Source: Myxococcales bacterium
GTDB lineage: Bacteria; Myxococcota_A; Polyangia; Polyangiales; DASUME01
Length of the DNA: 64,000 nucleotides
Direction of reading: 5' to 3'
NCBI GenBank assembly: GCA_047601445.1
Contig: JASGJH010000001.1
Span: 5,056,001 to 5,120,000, forward strand
The position numbers and the translations under genes are program-made. Every line of letters begins with the position of its first letter. Position 1 is the first letter of the stretch. Below the pieces are notes generated by a model, which had not been told where the DNA came from, ran no database searches, and was given only the letters and a program-made list of their open reading frames with translations. Shown piece after piece: positions 10,315-20,140 of the stretch.

Positions 10315-11539
10315 CTATTTGGTGGCGGCGAGCTTGCGCACATAGGCGGCCAGGGGCGCGAAATCGGCCTCCGGGATGATGCCCTCCCACTTGGGCATGC
10401 GTGTGCCCGGCTTGATGGAAGGGGCGTTCTTGATCCATGCGATCAGAGACGCATCGTCGGGATAATGCTTCGAAGCCTGCCGCAGATCGGCGTTGCCCAC
10501 GCCGTCGTCTCCATGGCAGCCGTAGCAGGCATGCTTGTAATACAGCTGCTTTCCAGGCTCCGACGCATCGACCATGGGCACGGGCGGTTGTGCGCGCACG
10601 ACCGGGTTGTGCTGCTTGGGGAGCGTCTTCAAGTAGGCGTACATCGCCCCAAGCTCGCCCTCCTCGAATCTCGGGCATCGCTCCCATCGGAAACAGCACT
10701 GCCTTGCCCTTGGGGGTGACGCCCTCGCGCACGGCCCGCACGAAATCGGCTTCCGACCAGCTGCCGATGCCCGTCTCGTCGAAGGTCAGGTTGGCGGAGG
10801 GCACCACACGTCCGGCGAGATCGAGCGTGGGATTTCCCCCGCCCATGAAGCCCGGCGTCTTCTCGGGCTCCATCGGGTTGATGGTCTTGAAGTCGGCGGA
10901 GTGGCAGGTCCAGCACTCGAAGTTCACCACCAAGTAGCGGCCGAGCGCGACCTTGTCGGCCGGATTCGGCAGCGGGATCTTGCGTTCCGGATAGGGCAAC
11001 GGCTTCCAGGCCACATTGGCGAGTAGCTTCGTGAGCAGGCTCGGCGCAGTCTGCCCGGGCGGATCAACCGCGGCGGCTTCCACCAGCGGACTGTCGGAGC
11101 GCAGGAACGCGATGATGGCGTAGAGATCCTCGTCGGCCAGGTGCGGGAGCTTGGCCATGTAAGGAGGGATGTAGCGGCCGTCGCGGGCGATGCCGGTGCG
11201 CAAGAGGTACGCGAGCTCGCCGTCGGTCCAGCTGCCGATGCCTTTCTCCGCGTGCTTGGTGATGTTGCGCGAATAGATGGGCCCGAACTGCTCGGGTGCC
11301 TCCTGCATGCGCTTGCCCGTGAGCTGCTTGGTGCTCGGATTCATGTGGCACTCGGCACACAGGATCTTGGCGAAGCGCTCGCCGCGCGCGACACGCTCGG
11401 GTGTGACCTCCACCTTCAGGTCGATCCGCTTGGCCTCGTAATGAGGAATTCCCCGGCTGGCCACGACAACAAGGCCTGCTGCGAGTAATAGAACGAGGGC
11501 GCCGAGCCCCCACCCGACGAACCGAAGCGCGCGTTTCAT
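10315..11539 (-). pseudogene. triheme c-type cytochrome split by a +1 frameshift near 10667 (possibly a sequencing error)
   Basis: Upstream ORF has a TM anchor, CAECH and CWTCH. Downstream ORF 10315..10644 has CYGCH. Removing one base from GAG-ATTC-GAG joins them as MPE(I/F)EEGELGAMYAYLKT. Confidence 0.8.
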
Positions 11540-11604
11540 GGCCGCTAGTAACGTCAGAACTCGTGCAGGTTCGCAAGAAAAACCCATTACTATTGAGCAG
11601 ACAT

Positions 11605-12753
11605 ATGCGCGCCCGCTACCTTTTCGAGACGCCGGAACACGAGGCCCTGCGCGAGCAGGTCCGCAAGTTCGCCAAAGCTCAAATCGCGCCGCACGCGCAG
11701 CGCTGGGAAGAGGCGGAAGAGTTTCCTCGCGAGCTCTATGCACAGGCCGCGCACGCGGGCCTGACGGGCATCGGATACCCGGAAGCCTACGGGGGCAGCG
11801 GAGGTGACTTCTCACACATGATGGTGGCCTCGGAAGAGCTGATCCTGGCAGGTCAGTCAGTGGGAACAGCGGTCGGACTCGGCAGTCATGCCATCGCGCT
11901 GCCTCCCATCTTGAAGCTCGGTTCCGAGGCGCAAAAGCAGCGTTTCGTGCGACCCGTGATGGAGGGCAAGGCGATCGCGGCGCTGGGCATCACCGAGCCG
12001 GGTGCCGGCAGCGATGTCGCGTCGCTCACCACGCGCGCCCAACGAGACGGGGACGACTACGTGGTGAATGGCGCCAAGATGTTCATCACGTCGGGCATGC
12101 GCGCCGACTTCGTGACCACCGCCGTGCGCACGGGCGGCCCCAAGCACGCTGGCGTGAGCATGCTGGTCATCGAGCGTGGCAGCGAAGGCTTCGAGTCCTC
12201 GAAGAAGCTGCTCAAGACCGGCTGGCGTGCCAGCGACACCGCAGAGCTCTCCTTTCAAGACTGCCGCGTCCCGGCCACCAACCTGGTCGGCCCGGAGAAC
12301 ATGGGCTTCATGGCGATCATGCTCAATTTCATGGGCGAACGCGTGATGCTGGCGGCTCAGTGCGTGGCCATCGCGCAGCTCTGTTACGACACCTCGGTGA
12401 GCTATGCCCGCGAACGCAGGGCCTTCGACAAGTCGCTCTCGGGCTTTCAGGTAATCCGACACAAGCTCGCCGACATGGCCACGCGCATCGCGGCTGCCCG
12501 CGCGCTCACCGGCGAAACCATCACACGGCTCGTGCGCGGCGAGAACGACGCAGGCCTCGCGGCCATGGCCAAGAACACAGCCAGCGACATGCTCATGTTC
12601 GTGGCCTACGAGGCCACGCAGATCCACGGCGGCTACGGGTACATGCGGGAAACCCTGGTGGAGCGGCTGTGGCGCGACGCCCGGCTGTATCCCATCGGCG
12701 GCGGCACGCGCGAGATCATGAACGAAGTGATCTCGAAGACCGAAGGCTACTGA
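11605..12753 (+). CDS. acyl-CoA dehydrogenase
   Basis: [46 protein letters not shown]. Confidence 0.95.
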   Translation: MRARYLFETPEHEALREQVRKFAKAQIAPHAQRWEEAEEFPRELYAQAAHAGLTGIGYPEAYGGSGGDFSHMMVASEELILAGQSVGTAVGLGSHAIALPPILKLGSEAQKQRFVRPVMEGKAIAALGITEPGAGSDVASLTTRAQRDGDDYVVNGAKMFITSGMRADFVTTAVRTGGPKHAGVSMLVIERGSEGFESSKKLLKTGWRASDTAELSFQDCRVPATNLVGPENMGFMAIMLNFMGERVMLAAQCVAIAQLCYDTSVSYARERRAFDKSLSGFQVIRHKLADMATRIAAARALTGETITRLVRGENDAGLAAMAKNTASDMLMFVAYEATQIHGGYGYMRETLVERLWRDARLYPIGGGTREIMNEVISKTEGY

Positions 12754-13025
12754 CGCGCGCAACAAGAGCTGAACGGCTTAGAACGGGCCATCACCACCCG
12801 TGAAATGAGACGCCGTGGCCACCGCGTGGGCGTAGGCGACGGCCGTAAACGTGGCCGCGCTCGCGAGCGCACCGGTGATAGAGAACGGGGACGGACGCTC
12901 ACGCACGCCGTCGCAGTTCAAGTCAAAGTCCGCGTCGCCGACCAGGTCAAGGTCCACGGGCAGGCTTCAGATCACACGCCAACGCAACGGATCGCGAGCG
13001 AGGGGCAGGTCTTGACCTTCCGTTC

Positions 13026-13631
13026 CTAGCTACGCTTGGCCCAGTCCAGCGCCTGCTCGAGCCGATCGTTGCCCCAGAACATCTCGCCCCCGGCGAAGAA
13101 CATCGGAGCACCGAAGATGCCCAGCTGGCTGGCGCGCTCCGTCTGCTCACGCAGGCGTAGCTTGTTGGCCTCGGACTGGGCCTCGGCGAGCAGCTCGTCT
13201 GCGGGCAAATCGAGTCGCTCCAAGATGGCGCGCACCGCGGGCTCGCCGGAGATGTCTTCGTCGCGCGCGAAGGCAGCCAGCATGACTTCGCGGCAAAAAG
13301 CGCCCATCCACGGCTGCTCGGCGCCCAGCAGCGCCACGCGCATGGGCAGCACAGTGAGCCGCGGGAACTCGGAAGGCTTCTTCCAGGCGAGGCCATGGAG
13401 CTGGCACTGGCGCTCGAGGTCGCGCCACATGTACTCGCCCTTGGCCTTTTGCTCGTTGAATGGGGAGTTCTTGAAGCCCAGCGTCTTGAAGATGGGCCCG
13501 AGCAGGAACGGCTTGTAGTGGAGCGTCACCTCGCGCACCGCGGCCAGCGCCTCGATACGCATGACGCTCAGGTAGCTGTAGGTGCTGCCGAACTCGAACC
13601 AGAACTCGATCGTGGGTTGGCCAGCTTGCAT
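13026..13631 (-). CDS. 2-hydroxychromene-2-carboxylate isomerase / DsbA (kappa-GST) family protein
   Basis: IEFWFEFGSTYSY, PFLLGPIF, GIFGAPMF, FWGNDRL. ATG at 13631 lies 2 nt after the upstream stop. Confidence 0.9.
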   Translation of the reverse strand: MQAGQPTIEFWFEFGSTYSYLSVMRIEALAAVREVTLHYKPFLLGPIFKTLGFKNSPFNEQKAKGEYMWRDLERQCQLHGLAWKKPSEFPRLTVLPMRVALLGAEQPWMGAFCREVMLAAFARDEDISGEPAVRAILERLDLPADELLAEAQSEANKLRLREQTERASQLGIFGAPMFFAGGEMFWGNDRLEQALDWAKRS

Positions 13632-13633
13632 GC

Positions 13634-14458
13634 TCAATTTCCCAGGCTGAAGACGTCGATTTCGTAGGTCCGGTTGCGCGGTCCCACCACCGTGACCCGG
13701 ATCTCGGTGGCCGAGATTCGCCCGAAGGTCATGGTTACTTCCTTGTCGCTCGGAGTGGTGAGGCGATAGCGACCGGCCTGGGGCACCGGATCCTGGGCCC
13801 GCGCCTGCACGTGCTCCACATCGAGCTTCCAGGTGTCGCCCTCCTGGATGAACCACTCTCGGGTGCCGTTGATTTCGATGCCGCCCCCGGTGCCACCCGT
13901 GAGGCTCGGCGTCTGGTCCAACAGCGTCTGCGTGATCGCGCCGCTCATGTCGAGCGTGCCCGGCTGGTCCGTGCTGGTCGCCGTGATGTGATAGCTGACG
14001 TGACGCGTCGCATCCGCGCCGGTCCAGGTCACGTCGGCGCTGCCGTCCACCGTGGTCGTGCCGTTGCTCAGGCCCAACCACTCGTGGTGCACCTGAAGCA
14101 TCCCGCTCGCCGCCTCCACCGTGTACTGCACCACGCCCGCGTAGGTATGGCCGCGATAGGTGCATGCGTCATCGAGGCCGCCGAAGTCGACGGTAATGGT
14201 GGTGCCCAACAGGCTCACGTTGGAGCAGGGAATCTGCGAGACCGCAAAGCTCCGCAGCTGCTCGGCGGCCTGCTCCACCGCCTTGCCGAGCGTGAACTGT
14301 GTGGAGATCTCGATCACGTCGTAGCCGAGGGTCTCGGCCGACGTGGCCAGGGTGATGGAATCGACGGCGTCCTGGGCCTCGTCGCGGGTCAACGCGGGAT
14401 CGAGGCAACTCGACAGGGCAGTCAGGGCGCACAGCACGGGAGCGAAGGCTTTCTTCAT
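13634..14458 (-). CDS. hypothetical beta-rich lipoprotein
   Basis: MKKAFAPVLCALTALSSC lipobox; GC3-rich codon usage; GAGG upstream. Confidence 0.75.
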   Translation of the reverse strand: MKKAFAPVLCALTALSSCLDPALTRDEAQDAVDSITLATSAETLGYDVIEISTQFTLGKAVEQAAEQLRSFAVSQIPCSNVSLLGTTITVDFGGLDDACTYRGHTYAGVVQYTVEAASGMLQVHHEWLGLSNGTTTVDGSADVTWTGADATRHVSYHITATSTDQPGTLDMSGAITQTLLDQTPSLTGGTGGGIEINGTREWFIQEGDTWKLDVEHVQARAQDPVPQAGRYRLTTPSDKEVTMTFGRISATEIRVTVVGPRNRTYEIDVFSLGN

Positions 14459-14558
14459 GGCGGGCCTCTCTAAGACGACTGCGGTAGCGCAGGGCATTCC
14501 AGCATCGCGTGGGCCGCGACACAAGTTCGGGCGCGCAAGAGGAGGACTACGGCGGGCG

Positions 14559-14646
14559 CACATCGTGAGCGAAGCGAACCTCGCGCTGGGGTGGGTCCCA
14601 GCGCGGCTTTGCCGCGATGGGCGGGGAGGGCGCGTGCCCTCCCCGT
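14559..14646 (-). repeat. REP-like ~85-bp palindromic element, copy A
   Basis: Reverse complement ACGGGGAGGGCACGCGCCCTCCCCGCCCATCGCGGCAAAGCCGCGCTGGGACCCACCCCAGCGCGAGGTTCGCTTCGCTCACGATGTG. Homologous to copies at 18185, 42088 and 43679. Confidence 0.9.
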
Positions 14647-14647
14647 G

Positions 14648-16463
14648 TCAAGAACCGAGGTCCTCCCGACAGATGCTCAGTCCGGATCCGGCCGCCACGC
14701 ACTCGCAGGCGGTGGTGCTGTCCTGACAGGCGCGGGCGCAGCGCTTGAGGTCGCGGGTCGTCTCGTGGAGGCAGAGCGCCCCCTGGCCACACTGCGTGGT
14801 GTCCTCGCAGTTGGAGCCGGCTGGTCGGGGGCCGTCCAGAGTGCAGCGCGGAGCGGTCTCTCCACTCGGCAAGACGCGCGGGCGGCAGCTCATGTCGGGC
14901 GGACACTCCTTGCCCCCGAACACACATGGACAGCGACCACCGACGCAGCCCTGCCACGCGCGCCGCAGCGCCAGCGAGTGTTGCATGAGGCGCACCTGGT
15001 CACGCGTAAACCGGCTGCGACAGGCCGTGTAGTAACTCATCAGGTTGGTGGCATCCGGCTGGTCACCGCCGCGGCACATCGTCTCGCATGCGGCGTCGTA
15101 GCTGCACAGCTCGGGCCCCGGGTCGAACGGGGTGTCGCACAGTCCGTCTCCTTCGACGCGACACATGGCGCCACAGGCGACGGCCGCGCTCTGCGCTGAG
15201 GCGAGGGCCACGTCCGCCAGCGGTCGCTCGTCGGCATGGGTGTGACATAGCCCCAAGAAATGCCCTATTTCATGGGCCACTGTGGTGGGTGCGCGCGCCT
15301 TGGCCACCACCACCATGCCCACCTCGGGACCCGCCCGCTGCTGCATGCCTCCGCAGGTCCCATTGGGCAGCGTCGACAGGCCGAACTTGGGGGTCCCGCC
15401 GCCCACCGAGACCTGGTCGGTGAAGAGCAACGGGATATAGAATTCGTCGCGCTGTGGATGCAGGCGCGCGTCCCCCACCAGCGGAGAGATCTCCTTGTCC
15501 TGCACGTCCAGCAAGCGCGAGTCCGCGATTCTCGATCACCTGGTCGAGTTCGAAAGTGAGCGTGGTCTCTTCTTCGCTCCCCGCGAACGCCCGGTTCACA
15601 CGCGCGATCTCGGCGTCCAGATCCTCCCGCGCATAGCTCGACTCGCCCTTCTCGTTGGTGGCCACGAACGCCACGATCGGAACCGGCCCGCAGTCGAGGC
15701 CCTCGTCCAGCTTGCCGTCACTGTCCTCATCACGACCATCGCACTCGCCCTCCCCGGCCCCCGTCTCGGCGCAGCCGCACGGTCCACAGCCTGCGAGCGG
15801 CGGCGGCTCCACGCGCAGACAGCTCGGCTCGCGCGCTCCTGGCAAGCTCAGACATTGAGCCCGCAAGTCACCGCATTCGACGCGCTCGACGCGCCCTTCC
15901 CGGCACGTCACGAGCGTGTCTTTCTCGCAGCGCGCAGCTCCCTTGCAGCGCATCTCCGCCGGAATGAAGGGCACGCACTGGGCGCCCTCCTCGCCGATCG
16001 CGCAGCTCATGCCCTTGGCAGCACAGTCCACGCGTTGGGTGCGTCCGGCCTGACACAGCACGACCGTCTGGCCATCGCAGCGCCCCTCGGCGGGTTCCTG
16101 ACAAGGTGTCTCGGCGGGCGTCTCGCAGCTGCCCTCGCGGCACAAGTGATCACCGCACTCTTCCACGCGCTCCTCGAGTTCGTCGCAGCTCGAAGCGGAC
16201 CAAACGTCCCCCTGATGACAGCGCATGAGCGCCCCCGGTCGACAGCCGGCGTCGTCCGCCCGAGACGCAGGGCGCGCGGGCGGCGCGGATCCTCGCGTGG
16301 GCGCCGCCGCATCCGTCGGCTCCGGAGCAGCCAGCGTCTCGGGCGCAGGCAGTGCGCGATGTCGGCCGCTCGACTTAAAGGCCAGGAAGCCCAGCAAAAC
16401 CAGGCCGAGCACCAGGGCAATGCCCCACCCCACGCGACGCCGCGCGCCCGGACCCGGGCTCAC
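14648..16463 (-). pseudogene. Cys-rich M43 (pappalysin/ulilysin-like) zinc metalloprotease split by a +1 frameshift near 15529 (possibly a sequencing error)
   Basis: 5' part: TM anchor, Pro/Ala linker, Cys repeats. 3' part (14648..15514): HEIGHFLGLCHTH, CDTPFD, NLMSY Met-turn. Removing one A from GAG-AATC-GCG gives the continuous QVIEIADSRLLDVQ. Start codon uncertain. Confidence 0.75.
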
Positions 16464-16635
16464 GCTGACCGACTCCGGCTTGCTCGCGCGTGCCCCGGTG
16501 TGCGCGAGCCGCGCTCCGAGTGGGAGCTCGCGGTAGCGCCCTGTAGCCCGCCCCGTCCTGCCCAACTGCTAGCCCGCACTGATCTGGGCATGCCGCGCCG
16601 AAGGCCCTCCCGCAATGCGCTTCAACCTCGTCTTC

Positions 16636-16690
16636 GTGGGGGGCACGCGCCCTCCCGCCCCAGCGCGGTCAAAGGCCCTCTGGGACCCAC
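16636..16690 (+). repeat. degenerate partial copy of the REP-like element
   Basis: GTGGGGGGCACGCGCCCTCCCGCCCCAGCGCGGTCAAAGGCCCTCTGGGACCCAC matches the first two hairpins. Confidence 0.7.
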
Positions 16691-16711
16691 GAAGTAGGTC
16701 ACGAACCTAGC

Positions 16712-16727
16712 TGCGCAAAACCTGCAC
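16712..16727. promoter_or_regulatory. possible autoregulatory site of the sigma-54 activator
   Basis: TGCGCAAAACCTGCAC resembles the sites at 18379, 18403, 27870 and 27893. Confidence 0.4.
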
Positions 16728-16784
16728 CGCCCCCCTGCGCCGCCCTTTACATCCCTATCGGTCGGCGTATTCTCCCTCTTGATC

Positions 16785-18185
16785 ATGGAGCCACCCAAGG
16801 GGTCGGTGCTGCTCGTTGAGCCCAACCCAGCCGCGTCTGCGCCCCTGGCTCTCTTGCTCGAACAGCAAGGCTATCTCGTCCATACGGCCGACTCCGCCCA
16901 GGCCGCCTTGGGAGCAGCGCTCCAAATCGCGCCCGACGTGTTGATGGCCGCGTTGTGCCTGGAAGATCAGGAGCCGGGCCTGTTCGAGCGGCTGCGCGAC
17001 GAGCTGCCCCAGACCTCCATCGTGGCGCTCGGCGAAGCCGAAGGTGATCTCGAGCGCGCCCTGCGCCGCGGCGCCGACCGCTATCTGGTGCGCCCGGTCC
17101 GAGAGCGTGCCTTGGCCATGGTGCTTCAGCGCGCCATGGAGAAGCCGGAGCTGTCCCGCAAGCTCGCCGCCGCCGAGGCGCGTCCTCCCCAATACCAGGA
17201 GGAGCGTCCGAGTTTCGAAGGCATCATCGGTGCCCACCCGACCATGCAGCTGCTGTTCAACCGTGTGATCCAGGCGGCCCGCAGCAAGGCCACCGTGCTG
17301 ATCCACGGTGAGACGGGCACGGGCAAAGAGCTCATCGCGTCCGCGGTCCACAAGAACAGCAAGCGCCGGGAGGGCCCGTTCGTGCGGCTCAACTGCGCGG
17401 CGTTGGCCGAGGGCGTGCTCGAGTCCGAGTTGTTCGGGCACGAGAAGGGCTCCTTCACGGGGGCCCAGGGCACGCGCAAGGGGCGCTTCGAGCAGGGCGA
17501 CGGCGGGACGCTGTTCCTCGACGAGATCAGCGAGATTCCCCCGGGCGTCCAGGTGAAGCTGCTGCGCTTCCTTCAAGAGCGTGAGTTCGAGCGGGTGGGA
17601 GGCAACGAGACCATTCGGGTGGATGTGCGCGTGGTGGCCGCCACCAACCGGGACCTGCGCGTGATGGTCGAGGACGGCAAGTTCCGCGAGGACCTGTATT
17701 ACAGGCTCAACGTGGTGCGCATCGATGTCCCCTCCCTGCGCGCTCGGCCCAGCGACATCACGCTGCTGGCCGACCACTTCCTGATGCGCTTCGCCGAAGA
17801 AAACGAGGCCGACGTGCAGGGCTTCTCGGAGGCCGCGCTGAAGCTGATGCTGGACTACCCGTGGCCGGGAAATGTCCGCGAGCTGATGAATGTCGTGGAG
17901 CAGGCCGTGGTCCTTGCGGGTGGTCCGCTCGTGGAGGCGAGCGAGCTCCCGATCCGGCCCGTGCACAAGCCGCAGGACGCGCTGCCGCTCATGGTCCCGG
18001 GCGTCACGTTGGCCGAGGTCGAGCGCTACGTGATCACCAAAACTCTCGAATCCGTCGATGGATCACGCAACAAGGCCGCCGAAATCCTGGGCATCAGCAG
18101 GCGCACCTTGCAATATCGCCTGCAGGAATGGGGAATCGAGCCGCGCCGCTTCACGTCGACCGCGCGCAAAGAGGGCGCTGATTGA
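16785..18185 (+). CDS. sigma-54-dependent enhancer-binding protein (NtrC/AtoC family) with degenerate receiver domain
   Basis: GETGTGKE Walker A, ESELFGHEKGSFTGA, LFLDEI, WPGNVREL, Fis-type HTH (AAEILGISRRTL). Confidence 0.95.
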   Translation: MEPPKGSVLLVEPNPAASAPLALLLEQQGYLVHTADSAQAALGAALQIAPDVLMAALCLEDQEPGLFERLRDELPQTSIVALGEAEGDLERALRRGADRYLVRPVRERALAMVLQRAMEKPELSRKLAAAEARPPQYQEERPSFEGIIGAHPTMQLLFNRVIQAARSKATVLIHGETGTGKELIASAVHKNSKRREGPFVRLNCAALAEGVLESELFGHEKGSFTGAQGTRKGRFEQGDGGTLFLDEISEIPPGVQVKLLRFLQEREFERVGGNETIRVDVRVVAATNRDLRVMVEDGKFREDLYYRLNVVRIDVPSLRARPSDITLLADHFLMRFAEENEADVQGFSEAALKLMLDYPWPGNVRELMNVVEQAVVLAGGPLVEASELPIRPVHKPQDALPLMVPGVTLAEVERYVITKTLESVDGSRNKAAEILGISRRTLQYRLQEWGIEPRRFTSTARKEGAD

Positions 18186-18272
18186 CGGGGAGGTCACGCG
18201 ACCTCCCCGCCCGCCGCGGCAAAGCCACGCCGGGACCCACCCCGCCGCGAGGTTCGTTGCACTCACGATGTG
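18185..18272 (+). repeat. REP-like element, copy B
   Basis: ACGGGGAGGTCACGCGACCTCCCCGCCCGCCGCGGCAAAGCCACGCCGGGACCCACCCCGCCGCGAGGTTCGTTGCACTCACGATGTG, starting at the activator's stop codon. Confidence 0.9.
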
Positions 18273-18378
18273 CCTTGATTCAAGCGTTTTAAGTTCGCTG
18301 GACGGGGGCCCATGAAGCGCCACGCCCATCAATCGCGGCTGCGGGCGCACCGAGCAGGTCGGCCCCGGCCAGCGGCCC

Positions 18379-18417
18379 GTGCAGAAGTTGCACGGGCCCC
18401 CCGTGCAGAAGTTGCAC
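18379..18417. promoter_or_regulatory. tandem upstream activator sites (UAS)
   Basis: Two identical GTGCAGAAGTTGCAC near-palindromes 24 bp apart, ending about 163 bp upstream of a -24/-12 promoter. Confidence 0.75.
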
Positions 18418-18579
18418 AAACGCGCCAGCGCGCGGGCCTCGAGCGCGCCCGCGGCGCCGACACGATCTGCAATCGAATTGCATCTAGCCAGACGACGTCC
18501 CGAGTGCACCGAAAAATGCACGTTTGGAAGGGATTGAGTCAGGCTGCGCGTACATCGCACACAAGTTGCGTCGCCAATC

Positions 18580-18595
18580 TGGCACGTAACCTGCT
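18580..18595 (+). promoter_or_regulatory. sigma-54 (-24/-12) promoter of the kamA-like operon
   Basis: TGGCACG-TAAC-CTGCT versus consensus TGGCACG-N4-TTGCW. Confidence 0.8.
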
Positions 18596-18693
18596 CTCTG
18601 CGGCAACACAGCGCGAGTGCTGCGTTGCCACGCACGCTCGATGACCTGGCAAGGGCTCGCCGAAGGACGGCGAGCGGAGGACGAGAAACTCAG

Positions 18694-20133
18694 ATGGCGT
18701 ACGCACTGCCCCTGTTGAAAGAGCCGGAAGGCTCGCCCGAGGAACCTGAACCACCCTCCGGGCATCCGGAACCCGACCATCGCATCCTGCGCGATGGCGA
18801 CTTCTGGCGCCGCGTCCCTGCCTACACGCACGTCTCCCGTACCGACTTCCTCGACCACCTCTGGCAAGCCAAGAACTCGATCACCCGCCCCGAGAAACTC
18901 CTCGACGTTTTGCGCGGTGTGGCCGATGCCGACTTCGTGGCCGACCTGGCCCAGGGCCTGATGTCCGCCCCCATGGCGCTGCGGCTCTCGCCCTACGTGC
19001 TCAGCCTCATCGACTGGAACGATCCCGAGCACGACCCCCTGCGGCGCCAGTTCCTGCCGCTCGCCTCCAGCCAGAAGCCCGACCATCCCTGCGTCGGCCT
19101 GGACTCCCTCGGCGAGCGCCACGACGAGGCCGTGCCCGGCCTGGTGCACCGCTACCCCGACAAGGTCCTCTTGTTGTCTCTGGATACCTGCCCGGTCTAC
19201 TGCAGGTTCTGCACGCGCTCCTACGCCATCGGTCCGGACAACGGCGGTGTCGAGAAGGTCAGCCTCAAGGTCAGCGAGACCCGTTGGGAGGCCGCTTTTC
19301 AGTATATTAAAGCGCACCCGGCCATCGAAGACGTGGTCATCAGCGGCGGTGACACCTACCAGCTCAAGGCCGAGCAGCTCCGGCACATCGGCATGCGGCT
19401 GCTCGATATCCCCCACGTGCGGCGCATGCGCTTCGCCACCAAGGGCCTGGCCGTGATGCCCATGAAGGTGCTCTCGGATCACGCGTGGTTCAACGCCCTC
19501 TCGGAGGTCCACCTGAGCGGCCGCAAGCGCCGCAAGGACGTGGTGGTTCACACCCACTTCAACCACCCCAACGAGATCACGACCATCACCGAGGAGGCCC
19601 TCGGGCGCCTGTTCGAGGCCGGCATCACCGTGCGTAACCAGGCGGTGCTGCAGCGCGGCGTCAACGACGACCCGGCAACCATGCGCAAGCTGCTGCGTCG
19701 GCTCTCCTACGTGAATGTCCACCCCTACTACGTTTATGTCCATGACCTGGTGAAGGGCGTGGAGGATCTGCGCACGAGCGTGGCCACGGCCGAAGAGCTC
19801 GAAAAGGAAATGCGCGGCTCCACGGCGGGCTTCAACACCCCCACCTTCGTGGTCGATGCCCCCGGCGGTGGTGGCAAGCGCGACGTGCACTCCTACGAGC
19901 ACTACGACCGCGTGACGGGTGTCTCCGTGTACACGGCCCCCGTGGTGAAAGCGGGACAGTTCTTCTGCTACGTGGACCCGCTCGACACCTTGCCCGCAGA
20001 CGGGCGTGCGCGCTGGGCCGACCCCTCGGAGCACCGCGAGATCTTGCGCGAGGCCCTGATCGCAGCCGGCGCCGGAGCCGGGGCGGTGCGCGAATTCGAA
20101 GCAGCCGACGCGGCCCACTCGGCCAGCGCCTGA
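18694..20133 (+). CDS. KamA-family radical SAM/PLP amino-acid 2,3-aminomutase (lysine/arginine-type)
   Basis: LVHRYPDKVL, CPVYCRFCTR (CxxxCxxC), ISGGD, HTHFNHPNE, NQAVLQRGVND, VVDAPGGGGK (PLP lysine). Confidence 0.92.
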   Translation: MAYALPLLKEPEGSPEEPEPPSGHPEPDHRILRDGDFWRRVPAYTHVSRTDFLDHLWQAKNSITRPEKLLDVLRGVADADFVADLAQGLMSAPMALRLSPYVLSLIDWNDPEHDPLRRQFLPLASSQKPDHPCVGLDSLGERHDEAVPGLVHRYPDKVLLLSLDTCPVYCRFCTRSYAIGPDNGGVEKVSLKVSETRWEAAFQYIKAHPAIEDVVISGGDTYQLKAEQLRHIGMRLLDIPHVRRMRFATKGLAVMPMKVLSDHAWFNALSEVHLSGRKRRKDVVVHTHFNHPNEITTITEEALGRLFEAGITVRNQAVLQRGVNDDPATMRKLLRRLSYVNVHPYYVYVHDLVKGVEDLRTSVATAEELEKEMRGSTAGFNTPTFVVDAPGGGGKRDVHSYEHYDRVTGVSVYTAPVVKAGQFFCYVDPLDTLPADGRARWADPSEHREILREALIAAGAGAGAVREFEAADAAHSASA

Positions 20134-20140
20134 GCGACGG

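Noticed and set aside
10660..10675. Programmed ribosomal frameshift in the cytochrome c gene (also at about 15529)
   Set aside because: No slippery heptamer or homopolymer; a single-base insertion explains both better.
14486..14501. Possible sigma-54 promoter TGGAATGCCCTGCGCT (minus strand) before the lipoprotein gene
   Set aside because: GG-N10-GC spacing fits, but the match to consensus is weak and no UAS was seen.
18694..20133. EpmB (EF-P beta-lysylation) assignment
   Set aside because: About 480 aa, longer than typical EpmB, and no efp or epmA nearby. Operon context points elsewhere.
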